From: an uncultured Lachnospiraceae bacterium
Lineage (GTDB): Bacteria > Bacillota > Clostridia > Lachnospirales > Lachnospiraceae
Assembly: GCA_910578115.1 (NCBI GenBank)
Contig: CAJTPO010000004.1
Coordinates: 29,539 to 93,538, forward strand
Reading direction: 5' to 3'
DNA length: 64,000 bases
The notes under the pieces are model-generated. The model was given only the letters and a program-made list of their open reading frames with translations. It had not been told where the DNA came from and searched no databases. Position 1 is the first letter of the stretch; each line of letters opens with the position of its first letter. The translations under genes and the position numbers were made by a program. Positions 18,948 to 27,878 of this stretch are shown piece by piece.

Positions 18948-20015
18948 GTGGTGAAAAGAATAGGATGGATTGATTGTGCTAAATTTGTGGCTGTAATAGC
19001 AGTGGTAGTAGACCATTGCTATGGATTAATGTACATATCGCCCTTTATAGCCTATGCAAGTTATTTTTCAGTAAGTTTATTTATATTGTTGTCAGGTATT
19101 TCTACATGGACGGCATTTGAACGTGGAAAAGATACATCATTTTTATATCAATTTAGTAAGGTGAAAAGATTATTGGTTTTATATGCTGTTGCCGTATTAG
19201 TAGTGTTATGTATAGAACAAAAAAAGTTTGACATGAAGATATATTTGAGAAGCTTAGTGGAATTTAATATACAAGGACCTTACTACTATTTAGTCTTCTT
19301 TATTCAGCTTCTAATGATTGCGCCAATATTAGTAACATGGTGTAGGAATGTGAATAATAGAAAACATAAATGGATTATACATGCTGGTGCATTAGGAGCA
19401 TTTGGGTGGTTTGCATATATAAGTATTAATTATACATATATTCTTCCAGTGCATGGCGGTGGACAATTCTTGGGGGGGGGGACATATGTAATTCTATATT
19501 ATATGGGTATGCTTTTAGCAAGTAATGGTGTATTTGAACAAAGCATAAATAAAAGAGTATTGATAGCAGTTATATGCTGTGGAACATCTATTGTGTGGAT
19601 TCTCCTAATGGCAGAAGAAATACTTCCCTTTGATAGATGGATGAGTCCATATTGGGGAGCTGGATTTAATCCACCCAGTATAAATTTAATGATTTATTCT
19701 TTGCTGGTGTTATTCGTGTGTTATAGCGTATTTTCTTTATTGTGCAAGGTACAGAATAAATTAGTGAGAAGAATAGTTTTTATAGTGAGCTTTTTTGGAA
19801 AAAATACCTTATATATATGGTTATATCATTTGATAGTAAAGTCTTTCTTTTTAAAGCAGTTTCCAGATTTGTTTTATCAAAATTTAATTTTTAAAGCAGT
19901 TATATTTTGTGCAATTGTTGCTATACCAGCTATAGTTAAGCAGGTTATTTATATGTTCGGTGAGTTTTGCTATGATCATCTAGTTTGTCGTGAAGATGAA
20001 TATAAAAAGTTATAA
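18948..20015 (+). CDS. Acyltransferase family 3 (membrane O-acyl/acetyltransferase)
   Basis: GWIDCAKFVAVIAVVVDH... followed by ~10 TM segments. Confidence 0.8.
   Translation: MVKRIGWIDCAKFVAVIAVVVDHCYGLMYISPFIAYASYFSVSLFILLSGISTWTAFERGKDTSFLYQFSKVKRLLVLYAVAVLVVLCIEQKKFDMKIYLRSLVEFNIQGPYYYLVFFIQLLMIAPILVTWCRNVNNRKHKWIIHAGALGAFGWFAYISINYTYILPVHGGGQFLGGGTYVILYYMGMLLASNGVFEQSINKRVLIAVICCGTSIVWILLMAEEILPFDRWMSPYWGAGFNPPSINLMIYSLLVLFVCYSVFSLLCKVQNKLVRRIVFIVSFFGKNTLYIWLYHLIVKSFFLKQFPDLFYQNLIFKAVIFCAIVAIPAIVKQVIYMFGEFCYDHLVCREDEYKKL
19472..19481 (+). repeat. Homopolymeric G10 tract inside the acyltransferase-3 gene
   Basis: ttcttGGGGGGGGGGacatat encodes FLGGGT at about codon 175 of 355. It is currently in frame. 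Confidence 0.95.
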
Positions 20016-20034
20016 TTAAAATTAAGGAGGAAGT

Positions 20035-20454
20035 ATGAAATATTTAGGACCGCAGATGTTGGAATTTCCCCAGAACGGTGATGAGAGAGGTCACTTGGTT
20101 GTTGTAGAAGGACAAAAGGACATCCCATTTGATATTAAAAGGATATTTTATATATATGGTTCGGATGATGATGTTATCAGAGGACAACATGCGAACCAGA
20201 AAACAGAATTTGTTTTGATTAATGTTGCTGGGCAATGTAGGGTAAAGGTACGGGATGGGAAAGGAAATGAAGCGATATTTTTCTTGAATCGTCCTCATAC
20301 AGGTATATATCTACCTAAAATGGTATGGAAGGATATGTATGACTTCAGTGCAGATTCGGTATTACTTTGCTTGGCCAGTGAACATTATGATGCCACTGAA
20401 TATATAAGGGAATATGATGAATATCTTAAATTAGTGACGGATGAGGATAAATAA
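20035..20454 (+). CDS. WxcM/FdtA-like cupin, dTDP-4-keto-6-deoxyhexose 3,4-ketoisomerase family
   Basis: 139 aa. F.QNGDERGHLVVVEG..DIPFDIKRIFYIYG...RGQHANQK matches the FdtA/QdtA pattern. Confidence 0.8.
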   Translation: MKYLGPQMLEFPQNGDERGHLVVVEGQKDIPFDIKRIFYIYGSDDDVIRGQHANQKTEFVLINVAGQCRVKVRDGKGNEAIFFLNRPHTGIYLPKMVWKDMYDFSADSVLLCLASEHYDATEYIREYDEYLKLVTDEDK

Positions 20455-21378
20455 ATGAAGATATCAGTAGTTATTCCAGTATATTATAATCAGAACAATT
20501 TAAGACCGCTATATGCAGATATATCTGCAAAACTTTTAGATCAAGACAAATATGAATGGGAAATCGTCATGGTGGATGACGGTTCTAAAGACAAAAGCTA
20601 TGACATAATGAAGGAATTGTCTGAAAAAGATGAAAGAATTAAGATATATGGTTTGTCAAGAAATTTTGGCTCACATGCGGCGATCCTTTGCGGGCTGTCA
20701 AAGTGCACAGGTGATTGTGCAGTGGTCAAAGCAGCTGATCTTCAGGAACCGACGGAGATGATTCTGGAAATGGTAGACAGTTGGAAAAAAGGGAATAATG
20801 TTGTTTTGGCAGTAAGAAAAGACCGGCAGGAGGGGAAAGGACAGACGCTTTTTGCAAATTTGTATTACTGGCTGGTCAGGAAAGCAGCATTGCCGAATAT
20901 GCCGCGTGGCGGTTTTGATGTATATTTGCTGGATAGAAAAGTCATTAATGTAATGATGCAGCTTGATGAGAAAAACAGCGCACTGACCGGACAGATTTTA
21001 TGGAGTGGTTTCAGAACTGAGAAAATTTATTATACAAGGCTGCAGAGAGAAATCGGTGAGAGCAGGTGGACTTTGAGGAAAAAGATTAGGCTGGTAACAG
21101 ATACGTTATTCAGTTTCTCAACATTACCGATTACGATTGTTTCGGTTATAGGAACATTATCCTGCTTTGGTGCGACAATGTGGGCTGTACTAGTGTTTGT
21201 TTTCAAAATAATGGGGTTAATAGATGTGAGCGGCTGGACAACCTTATTTATTTTTAATTTGCTCAGTTTTGGAATCATTATGTTGACACTTGGAATTCTT
21301 GGTGGATATTTATGGAGAGCATTTGATGCCTCCAGAAACAGACCACCCTATATTATAGAGGAGGAACATGAACAATGA
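20455..21378 (+). CDS. GT2 polyprenyl-phosphate sugar synthase (GtrB/ArnC/DPM1-like)
   Basis: ISVVIPVYYNQ...IVMVDDGSKDKS...GLSRNFGSHAA, plus two C-terminal TM helices. Confidence 0.8.
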   Translation: MKISVVIPVYYNQNNLRPLYADISAKLLDQDKYEWEIVMVDDGSKDKSYDIMKELSEKDERIKIYGLSRNFGSHAAILCGLSKCTGDCAVVKAADLQEPTEMILEMVDSWKKGNNVVLAVRKDRQEGKGQTLFANLYYWLVRKAALPNMPRGGFDVYLLDRKVINVMMQLDEKNSALTGQILWSGFRTEKIYYTRLQREIGESRWTLRKKIRLVTDTLFSFSTLPITIVSVIGTLSCFGATMWAVLVFVFKIMGLIDVSGWTTLFIFNLLSFGIIMLTLGILGGYLWRAFDASRNRPPYIIEEEHEQ

Positions 21379-21986
21379 CTGTGCGGTTAAGGAAGCTCCA
21401 AAGTAAAGACCGTATAGGAATGCTCGAATGGATGCATGATATAGATACGGCAAAATATTTTCGCGATGACATGTTAGCCAAAACAGAGCAAGATGTTCTA
21501 AAATTCATAGAGCAGGCAGATCTTGCCCCGCAGAATGGTAAGAGTGTGCATTATGCAATTGTTGAAGAAACGGATATGTATTTGGGGACGATCAGCTTGA
21601 AATCAATCAATTTTCAAGACAGAAATGCTGAATATGCAATTAGTTTGAGACGTGCGGCACAAGGTAAAAAGATTGCGTATGTTGCAACAAAAGAGTTGTT
21701 GGACATAGCATTTAATCAATTTGACTTGGAAAGGGTTTATTTGAATGTCTTATCAAAGAATGAGAGAGCAATACGGTTATATGAGAAATGTGGATTTGTT
21801 CTGGAAGGTGAATTTCGAAATCATTTGTGCCTAAATGGGCAATATCAGAATTTGAGGTGGTATGCTATGTTAAAAACCGAATATCAAAAGTTAGGATATA
21901 TGTGTGTGGGGGGGGGTAACACCTTCTTGATTGATTCTATATACAGCCTCTTTGAACAGTGGGCAGAAAGGAGGCTGGCAGCATAG
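21375..21986 (+). CDS. GNAT-family N-acyltransferase (RimJ/RimL-like)
   Basis: ISLKSINFQDRNAEYAISL...GKKIAYVATKELLDIAF..LERVYLNVLSKNERAIRLYEKCGF. Confidence 0.8.
   Translation: MTVRLRKLQSKDRIGMLEWMHDIDTAKYFRDDMLAKTEQDVLKFIEQADLAPQNGKSVHYAIVEETDMYLGTISLKSINFQDRNAEYAISLRRAAQGKKIAYVATKELLDIAFNQFDLERVYLNVLSKNERAIRLYEKCGFVLEGEFRNHLCLNGQYQNLRWYAMLKTEYQKLGYMCVGGGNTFLIDSIYSLFEQWAERRLAA
21908..21916 (+). repeat. Homopolymeric G9 tract near the 3' end of the GNAT gene
   Basis: tgtgtGGGGGGGGGtaacacc, at codons ~178-181 of 203. Confidence 0.95.
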
Positions 21987-22439
21987 ATGTATAACAGTGA
22001 GAAATGTTTCAGAAGCGTGAAATGCAATGTGGGTGATAAAGCTGAGTTTTGCAAAACGATTTCAGAAAGTGATGTTTATATGTTCGCAGGGATTACGGGA
22101 GATATGAATCCGGTACACATCAATGAAATAGAGGCAACCCGAAGTTTTGTGAAAAAAAGAATTGCACATGGAGCACTTGTAAATGGGATGGTCTCGACAG
22201 TTATTGGAATGAAGCTTCCGGGTCCTGGAACAATCTATATGGAGCAGAATTCCAAGTTTGTTAAGCCGGTTTATATGGGAGATACGATTAAGGCGGTAGT
22301 GGAAGTACAAGAAATTCTGAATGAAGCTAAAGGAGTCATGAAATTGAGTACTATCGTATTTAACCAGAATGATGAGATTGTGATGAATGGATTTGCTGTC
22401 GTAATGGTACCGAAGGAGAACATGCATGAAAAAGATTAG
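21987..22439 (+). CDS. MaoC-like (R)-specific enoyl-CoA hydratase, hot-dog fold
   Basis: FAGITGDMNPVHINE..A......KRIAHGAL matches the MaoC dehydratase motif region. 150 aa. Confidence 0.8.
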   Translation: MYNSEKCFRSVKCNVGDKAEFCKTISESDVYMFAGITGDMNPVHINEIEATRSFVKKRIAHGALVNGMVSTVIGMKLPGPGTIYMEQNSKFVKPVYMGDTIKAVVEVQEILNEAKGVMKLSTIVFNQNDEIVMNGFAVVMVPKENMHEKD

Positions 22440-23124
22440 TAAACAGGCATATATTGCAGACACAGCGATCATCTATGATGATGTGGAAATTGGAGAAGAT
22501 GTTATTATACATGATTATGTAGTGATATATCCTAATACAGTCATTGAAAATGGTTGTGAAATTTATGATCATTGTGTGTTGGGAAAATTGCCGACATCAC
22601 CAGGGGTTACGTCAAGAAAAATTAAGGTAGAGTTTTCAAAGCTGATAATAGGTGAGAATTCGATTTTATGTCCCGGGGTGGTGTTATATGCAGGAAGCAA
22701 AATCGGATGTAATAATTTATTGGGTGACTTTTGTTCGATCAGAGAAGAGTGCATGGTGGGCAATAATTGCATTATCAGCAGAAATGTGAGTGTTAACTAT
22801 AATACCAGCATTGGTGATTATACAAAGATCATGGATAACACACATATTACAGGTAATATGAAAATTGGAAATCATGTATTTATCAGTGTCTTAGTGGCAA
22901 CTACCAATGATAATACGATGGGAAGAATAGAGTATAATGAGGATCATGTCCAAGGAGCGACGATAGGTGATTATGTAACGATCGGAGCAGCAGCAAATAT
23001 TTTGCCGTGTGTAAATATTGGTAAGAATGCAATCATAGGAGCAAGTGCACTTGTTACAAGAGATGTGCCTGATAATAAGGTGGTTATGGGAGTGCCGGCA
23101 AAAGTGATAAGAGATGTAGAATAA
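22426..23124 (+). CDS. Left-handed beta-helix (hexapeptide-repeat) acyltransferase, FdtC/QdtC-like candidate sugar N-acyltransferase
   Basis: Hexapeptide periodicity runs throughout: IGEDVIIHDYVVIYPNTVIENGCEIYDHCVLG... Confidence 0.8.
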   Translation: MKKISKQAYIADTAIIYDDVEIGEDVIIHDYVVIYPNTVIENGCEIYDHCVLGKLPTSPGVTSRKIKVEFSKLIIGENSILCPGVVLYAGSKIGCNNLLGDFCSIREECMVGNNCIISRNVSVNYNTSIGDYTKIMDNTHITGNMKIGNHVFISVLVATTNDNTMGRIEYNEDHVQGATIGDYVTIGAAANILPCVNIGKNAIIGASALVTRDVPDNKVVMGVPAKVIRDVE

Positions 23125-23137
23125 GGGAGAGCTTCGT

Positions 23138-24232
23138 ATGGATAAAATAATGCCAAATAGACTTGACCGGGGTTTTTATCAGTATCAGAAAGAATTCGAA
23201 GCAAAAGCAATCGAAGTCCTTCGGTCAGGCTGGTATGTTCTGGGGAAAGAAGTAGAGAGTTTTGAGGAGGAATTTGCTTCTTATTTGGGTGTGAAGCATT
23301 GTGTGGGAGTTGCAAGCGGCCTTGATGCTTTGTGGATCGCGTTCCGCATTTTGGGAATAGGAAGTGGAGATGAAGTGATCGTACAGGGCAACACTTATAT
23401 CGCCAGTGTGATGGGAATTACAATCAATGGTGCTACGCCGGTATTTGTGGAACCGGACGAATATTATAACATTGATACATCGAAGATTGAAGAAAAGATT
23501 ACGGAGAAAACAAAAGCTGTCTTAGTGGTGCATCTATATGGACAAGCTTCTTATATGAAACCTGTTGTTGATATATGTAAAAGGTATAATCTGCGACTTG
23601 TGGAGGATTGCGCGCAGTCACATGGGGCAAAGTTTGACGGTCAGACAACGGGTACATTCGGAGATATTGGCTGCTTTTCATTTTATCCGTCCAAAAATCT
23701 TGGTGCATTTGGAGATGCAGGGGCAATTGTGACCAATGATGACCAGATTGCAGTGGAAACACGTATTTTTCGTAACTATGGTAGCGAAAAACGGTATTAT
23801 AATAAGGTGGTTGGAACGAATTCCAGACTTGACGAAATGCAGGCCGGATTCTTACGGATACGGCTTAAGTATTTGGATGAACTTGCGCGGGAAAAAAGAG
23901 ATATTTGTGAGAAATATCTGAATCGAATGTATAACGAAAGAATCATTCTTCCGATGATTCGTGAAGGGGCTACACATATCTGGCATCAGTTTGTCGTTCG
24001 TACAGAGGTGCGGGATGAGTTGATCAGGTATTTAGATGAGAAGGGAATTGGGACGATCATTCATTATCCTATTCCACCGCATTTGTCAGAAGCATACCAG
24101 TATTTGAACTTACGGGAAGGGAGTCTTCCGGTTACCGAGAAATACGCGAATAGGGTTTTGTCGTTGCCGCTTTACAATGGTATGACGGATGAGGAGCAGG
24201 AATATGTTATTGATGTAGTCAATCATTTTTAG
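23138..24232 (+). CDS. DegT/DnrJ/EryC1/StrS-family PLP sugar aminotransferase (FdtB/QdtB-like)
   Basis: CVGVASGLDAL...DCAQSHGA...FSFYPSKNLGAFGDAGAIVTND. The K in SKNLG is the PLP lysine. Confidence 0.9.
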   Translation: MDKIMPNRLDRGFYQYQKEFEAKAIEVLRSGWYVLGKEVESFEEEFASYLGVKHCVGVASGLDALWIAFRILGIGSGDEVIVQGNTYIASVMGITINGATPVFVEPDEYYNIDTSKIEEKITEKTKAVLVVHLYGQASYMKPVVDICKRYNLRLVEDCAQSHGAKFDGQTTGTFGDIGCFSFYPSKNLGAFGDAGAIVTNDDQIAVETRIFRNYGSEKRYYNKVVGTNSRLDEMQAGFLRIRLKYLDELAREKRDICEKYLNRMYNERIILPMIREGATHIWHQFVVRTEVRDELIRYLDEKGIGTIIHYPIPPHLSEAYQYLNLREGSLPVTEKYANRVLSLPLYNGMTDEEQEYVIDVVNHF

Positions 24233-24244
24233 GATTATGTAATT

Positions 24245-24754
24245 ATGAAGAAAACAGGAAGTATTGTATGGTCTGCTTTTGAAGGTGTATTAAGATTTGT
24301 GGTATTTAGAGTATTACATATAAAGTTACAAGAAGATATATTTGATAAATTTCTTCAATTTGTCAAATTTGCAGTGGTCGGTTTTAGCAATGTTATGGTG
24401 TCTTATTTTTTTTATCTTATTTTTTTTGGTTTGTTTCAGATCGCAGATATTTTACCGAATGTGGACTATTTGATTGCCCAACTGATTGGATATGTGCTTA
24501 GCATTTTTTGGTCATTTTATTGGAACCGGAAGTATGTGTTTGCTCAAAGTGCGGATAGTGTACTATGGTATCAGGCACTGATTAAGTCATTTGTTGCATA
24601 TTCGTTTACAGGGGTGTTTTTGAATAGTATCCTGTCATTTTTGTGGGTAGAACTTATGGGCATGTCTAAAGTAATTGCTCCGATAATTAATTTAGTTATC
24701 AATGTGCCGATTAATTTCGTGATGAATAAATTTTGGGCGTTTAGAAGAAGATAG
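24245..24754 (+). CDS. GtrA-family small membrane protein (lipid-linked sugar translocation associated)
   Basis: 169 aa, 4 TM segments. FVKFAVVGFSN.......NRKYVF....NFVMNKFWAF. Confidence 0.8.
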   Translation: MKKTGSIVWSAFEGVLRFVVFRVLHIKLQEDIFDKFLQFVKFAVVGFSNVMVSYFFYLIFFGLFQIADILPNVDYLIAQLIGYVLSIFWSFYWNRKYVFAQSADSVLWYQALIKSFVAYSFTGVFLNSILSFLWVELMGMSKVIAPIINLVINVPINFVMNKFWAFRRR

Positions 24755-24860
24755 AAAAGTTTTTTCGAAAATAAAGGTTAAAGATACGTATAATATATCG
24801 GCCAAAGACAAAAAAGAATGAGCTTCTTTTAGACTTCGTTATTTGAGGAGAGGGGAACAG

Positions 24861-25241
24861 ATGCTAATGAATTATTTGTATTCATTTCTTGATTGGGTTA
24901 TGAACAGGTGTTACGAGTTTTGCGGAAGTTATGGATTTGCAATCATACTGTTTACTTTACTGAGTAAAATAGTTTTATTACCAATTTCGTTATGGACATA
25001 TATGAATTCCATAACAATGATCAAGATTCAGCCTGACATAAATTTTCTCAAAGTAAAGTATTATGGGCTGAAGGATACTATAGCAGAAGAACAGGCGAAG
25101 CTGTTTAAGGAGAAGAAATATCATCCGTTGACATCTACTATTCTACCGATTATTCAGTTAGTGATATTTATAGGAGTAGTAGGGGCTGACCGTGCTGGAA
25201 TTGATAATCCTGTAATTGATATGTCTTTTGTAACGGTTGAT
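24861..25241 (+). pseudogene. 5' fragment (~127 codons) of a YidC-like::TagF-like fusion gene, truncated by IS insertion
   Basis: High identity to the first ~125 aa of 33777..35681. DNA homology stops exactly after TTGAT (25237-25241). The remaining ~500 codons are absent. Confidence 0.75.
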
Positions 25242-25405
25242 TGAAACAATCCCACCCCTCCCCAGCAGAGCTGGGGAGAATCGTGTACGCAAGTGGCTAT
25301 GAACGAAGTCCCATAAAAAAGCCTCCGTTGTATAATAAGTGTAGGTCTGACAAACCACACAAAATACAACGGAGGCATCCATGGATAATCAAAGTTTATC
25401 ACATA

Positions 25406-27293
25406 GTGCGCCACGAAACAAGGGTGCATTGTTATGCGGGTGGAAATCCCGTCCAGTAAGGTATCAGTCATACCACTGAAAGCGAGTCTTGGTCCGGCAT
25501 TGGTAATAGTGCAGGTTAAGCGTAGACAGTAAGGCAGTAGGGTAGCCATTGAGTACCGAAATAAACTTAATTCCAGCAGGCCGACGCTGTTATGTGGGCG
25601 GAAGGCAAAATACCAGTTTATGGATATGGCGAGATTTCGGGTGTTGCTGCGGTATCGGAGAACCTATCATGCTGCACAAGAGCAATGCGTCAACTTGGGA
25701 GAGCCAACACCTCCCGGCAGAGAAAACTGCCGGGATGCCGTACAACCGCAAGGGAGAAAAGCAAATAGGGCGAGGGCAGTCGGACAGTACCAGAGAAAGC
25801 GGCGAAAGCCGCCGGAGGGAAGCTGAGAGGGGACAATTCCTCAAAGTCCCTGCTGTGCAAGGCAATATCGAAAAGGAAACATTGGCCATACACAGAGGTG
25901 GAATAGGCAATGGGAACGAAATTGAAGAGAATATCGCAATTATCAAGAGAGAACCTGGACATGGTATTTACATCCATAGAGCATTTGATTAACAAAGAAC
26001 TTCTAAGAGAATGTCATGAAAAGATGGATGAGAAGAAAGCTGTAGGAATCGATGGAATAACGAAGGAGGAATACAGTGCACACCTGGAGGAAAATCTGAA
26101 ATTGCTGGAAGGACGGATAAAGAACAAATCCTATAAGCCTAGGCCGGCAAGGAAGGTGGAGATACCAAAAGAGGATGGGAAGACAAGACCGCTGAGTATC
26201 TACTGTTATGAGGACAAACTGGTACAGGAGGCGCTCCGACGAATATTGGAGGCAGTATTCGAACCGTATTTCTATGAAAAGATGATGGGGTTCCGGCCGG
26301 GAAGGGGATGCCATCAGGCGCTCCGGCTGTTGAACACATATATCGAGAAAAGATATATTGGGTACGTAGTGGATGCGGACATCAGGTCATTCTTCAATAA
26401 CCTCGACCATGAATAGGCAGTGAAGTTCATTGAGTCGAAAATCAAAGACCCAAACATCATACAGTTAGTCAGACGGATGCTGAAAGCCGGAATTATGGAA
26501 GACTATCAGTTTGCGGCAACGGAGTCCGGTCCAGGGAAGCGTCTGTTCGCCAGTCATCGCAAACATATACATGCATTATGTGTTGGTGTGGTGGTTTAAG
26601 GAAAAGCTACAGCCGAAAGCGAAAGGATTCAGCGGACTGGTGGTGTATGCGGATGATTTTGTGGCCTGCTTTCAGTATAAATGGGAAGCGGAACGATTCT
26701 ACGAACGTCTGAAAAGGAGAATGGGATACTTTGGACTGGAATTACAAGAAGACAAGAGCAGGCTAATCAAGTTTGGGAGGTTCGCCCAGCAGGATGCATC
26801 GGAAAAGGGAACCAAAGCTGCAACATTTGACTTTCTGGGTTTTACACATTACTGATCCACAAACAAGAGTGGTAAGTTCAGGGTAAAGAGGAAAACCAGC
26901 AGGAAGAAATCCAAGAAGAAGTGCAAGGAAATGTGGAGATATATACGGGAAAACCGTCATATCCCGACAGATATGCTCATCAGGAAGTTGAATGAAGTGC
27001 TCATCGGATATGACCATTACTATGGCATTACAGACAATTATGCCAGTCTGCAAAAGTTTCACTTTAACATAAGGAAATTCCTGTTCTACTGGCTGAACCG
27101 CAGGAGCCAGCGCGAAAGCTATATATGGGAAGGCTTCAGAGATTTCATGAAAACGAAGCCATTGGTGGCACCTAAGATATATGTCAGTATTTGTGCTTGA
27201 TAAGGGCTGAATAATCAGTCCTGCAAAGAGCCGGATGCGGTAACGCCGCACGTCCAGTTCCAGGAGGGGGATGTCGCGTAAGGGGCATATCTA
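25406..27293 (+). mobile_element. Bacterial group II intron (~1.9 kb) with an ORF in domain IV
   Basis: The 5' end is GTGCG at 25406. Canonical domain V GAGCCGGAUGCGGUAACGCCGC-AC-GUCCAGUUC lies at 27228-27260 (AGC triad, AC bulge), followed by a domain VI-like stem. RT/maturase ORF fragments lie in between. The 3' boundary is uncertain by ~3 nt. Confidence 0.8.
25910..27200 (+). pseudogene. Group II intron-encoded reverse transcriptase/maturase, disrupted
   Basis: RT blocks (KKAVGIDGIT..., RPLSI...DKLVQEAL, FRPGRGCHQA, VVYADDFV) and the maturase X region are split by an in-frame TAG (26414-26416), a frameshift near 26520-26530, and an in-frame TGA (26853-26855). Confidence 0.85.
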
Positions 27294-27694
27294 CTCGACG
27301 TAGATATAATTGCACGTACCATATAGTATTTATCCCAAAATACAGGGTAAGGTGATGTTTGGGAATTTGAGAAAGGAGATAGGCGAGGCGATCAGTAAAG
27401 AGTGCAAGATGGAAGGAGTAACGATAATAAAGGCAGCGACGTAAACAGATCACGTGCATATGTATGTGTCAATTCCACCAAAAGAAAGTGTGTCAAAAGT
27501 AATGGGAAGAATAAAGGGAAAACAGCAGTCTAATTCTATTCGACAGACATCCAGAGTACAGGGAGAGATATAACCGGCATTTCTGGGCAAGAGGATATTA
27601 TTGCGAAACGATCGGTAATGTAGATGAGGCAACGATAACGAAGTATATTGCGGAACAATATGAGAGGGATCGACTGGAAGGAGAGACCTCGTAA
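27294..27694 (+). pseudogene. tnpA: IS200-type Y1 (HUH) transposase tnpA, exon 2, decayed; exon 1 is 25381..25405
   Basis: Joining MDNQSLSH (25381-25405) to TRRRYNCTYHIVFIPKYR reconstitutes the IS200 TnpA N-terminus. The HUH motif DHVHMYVSIPP is present. Several frameshifts and stops follow. Confidence 0.7.
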
Positions 27695-27878
27695 TGATTA
27701 AAGAGAAACCGCTTTTAAGTGGTTACCAGTAACAAAAAGGAACGGTTTGTCAGACCGTCTTTAGGCGGAAACACAAAAGACCTCGGAGGGGTTATAGCAA
27801 ACCACCAGCAGAGCTGGTGGCACTGACTTGGAGCCTTCAGAGCCTGAATATGATCATCATGAATGGAAGGAAATAATT

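Larger units (their letters stand above)
25242..27826 (+). mobile_element. IS200/IS605-family element (IS200-like, tnpA only) carrying a nested group II intron
   Basis: Similar subterminal hairpins at both ends: CTCCCCAGC-AGA-GCTGGGGAG (25258-25278) and CCACCAGC-AGA-GCTGGTGG (27802-27820). It is inserted 3' of TTGAT. Length minus the intron is ~0.7 kb, as expected for IS200. Ends are uncertain by a few nt. Confidence 0.65.

Noticed and set aside
25154-25995. Several 70-150-aa ORFs on both strands in 25154-25995, for example 25549..25992 + and 25590..25946 -.
   Set aside because: They fall in domains I-III of the group II intron RNA and in the IS200 left end. This is GC-rich structured RNA, and the ORFs show no protein motifs and overlap each other.
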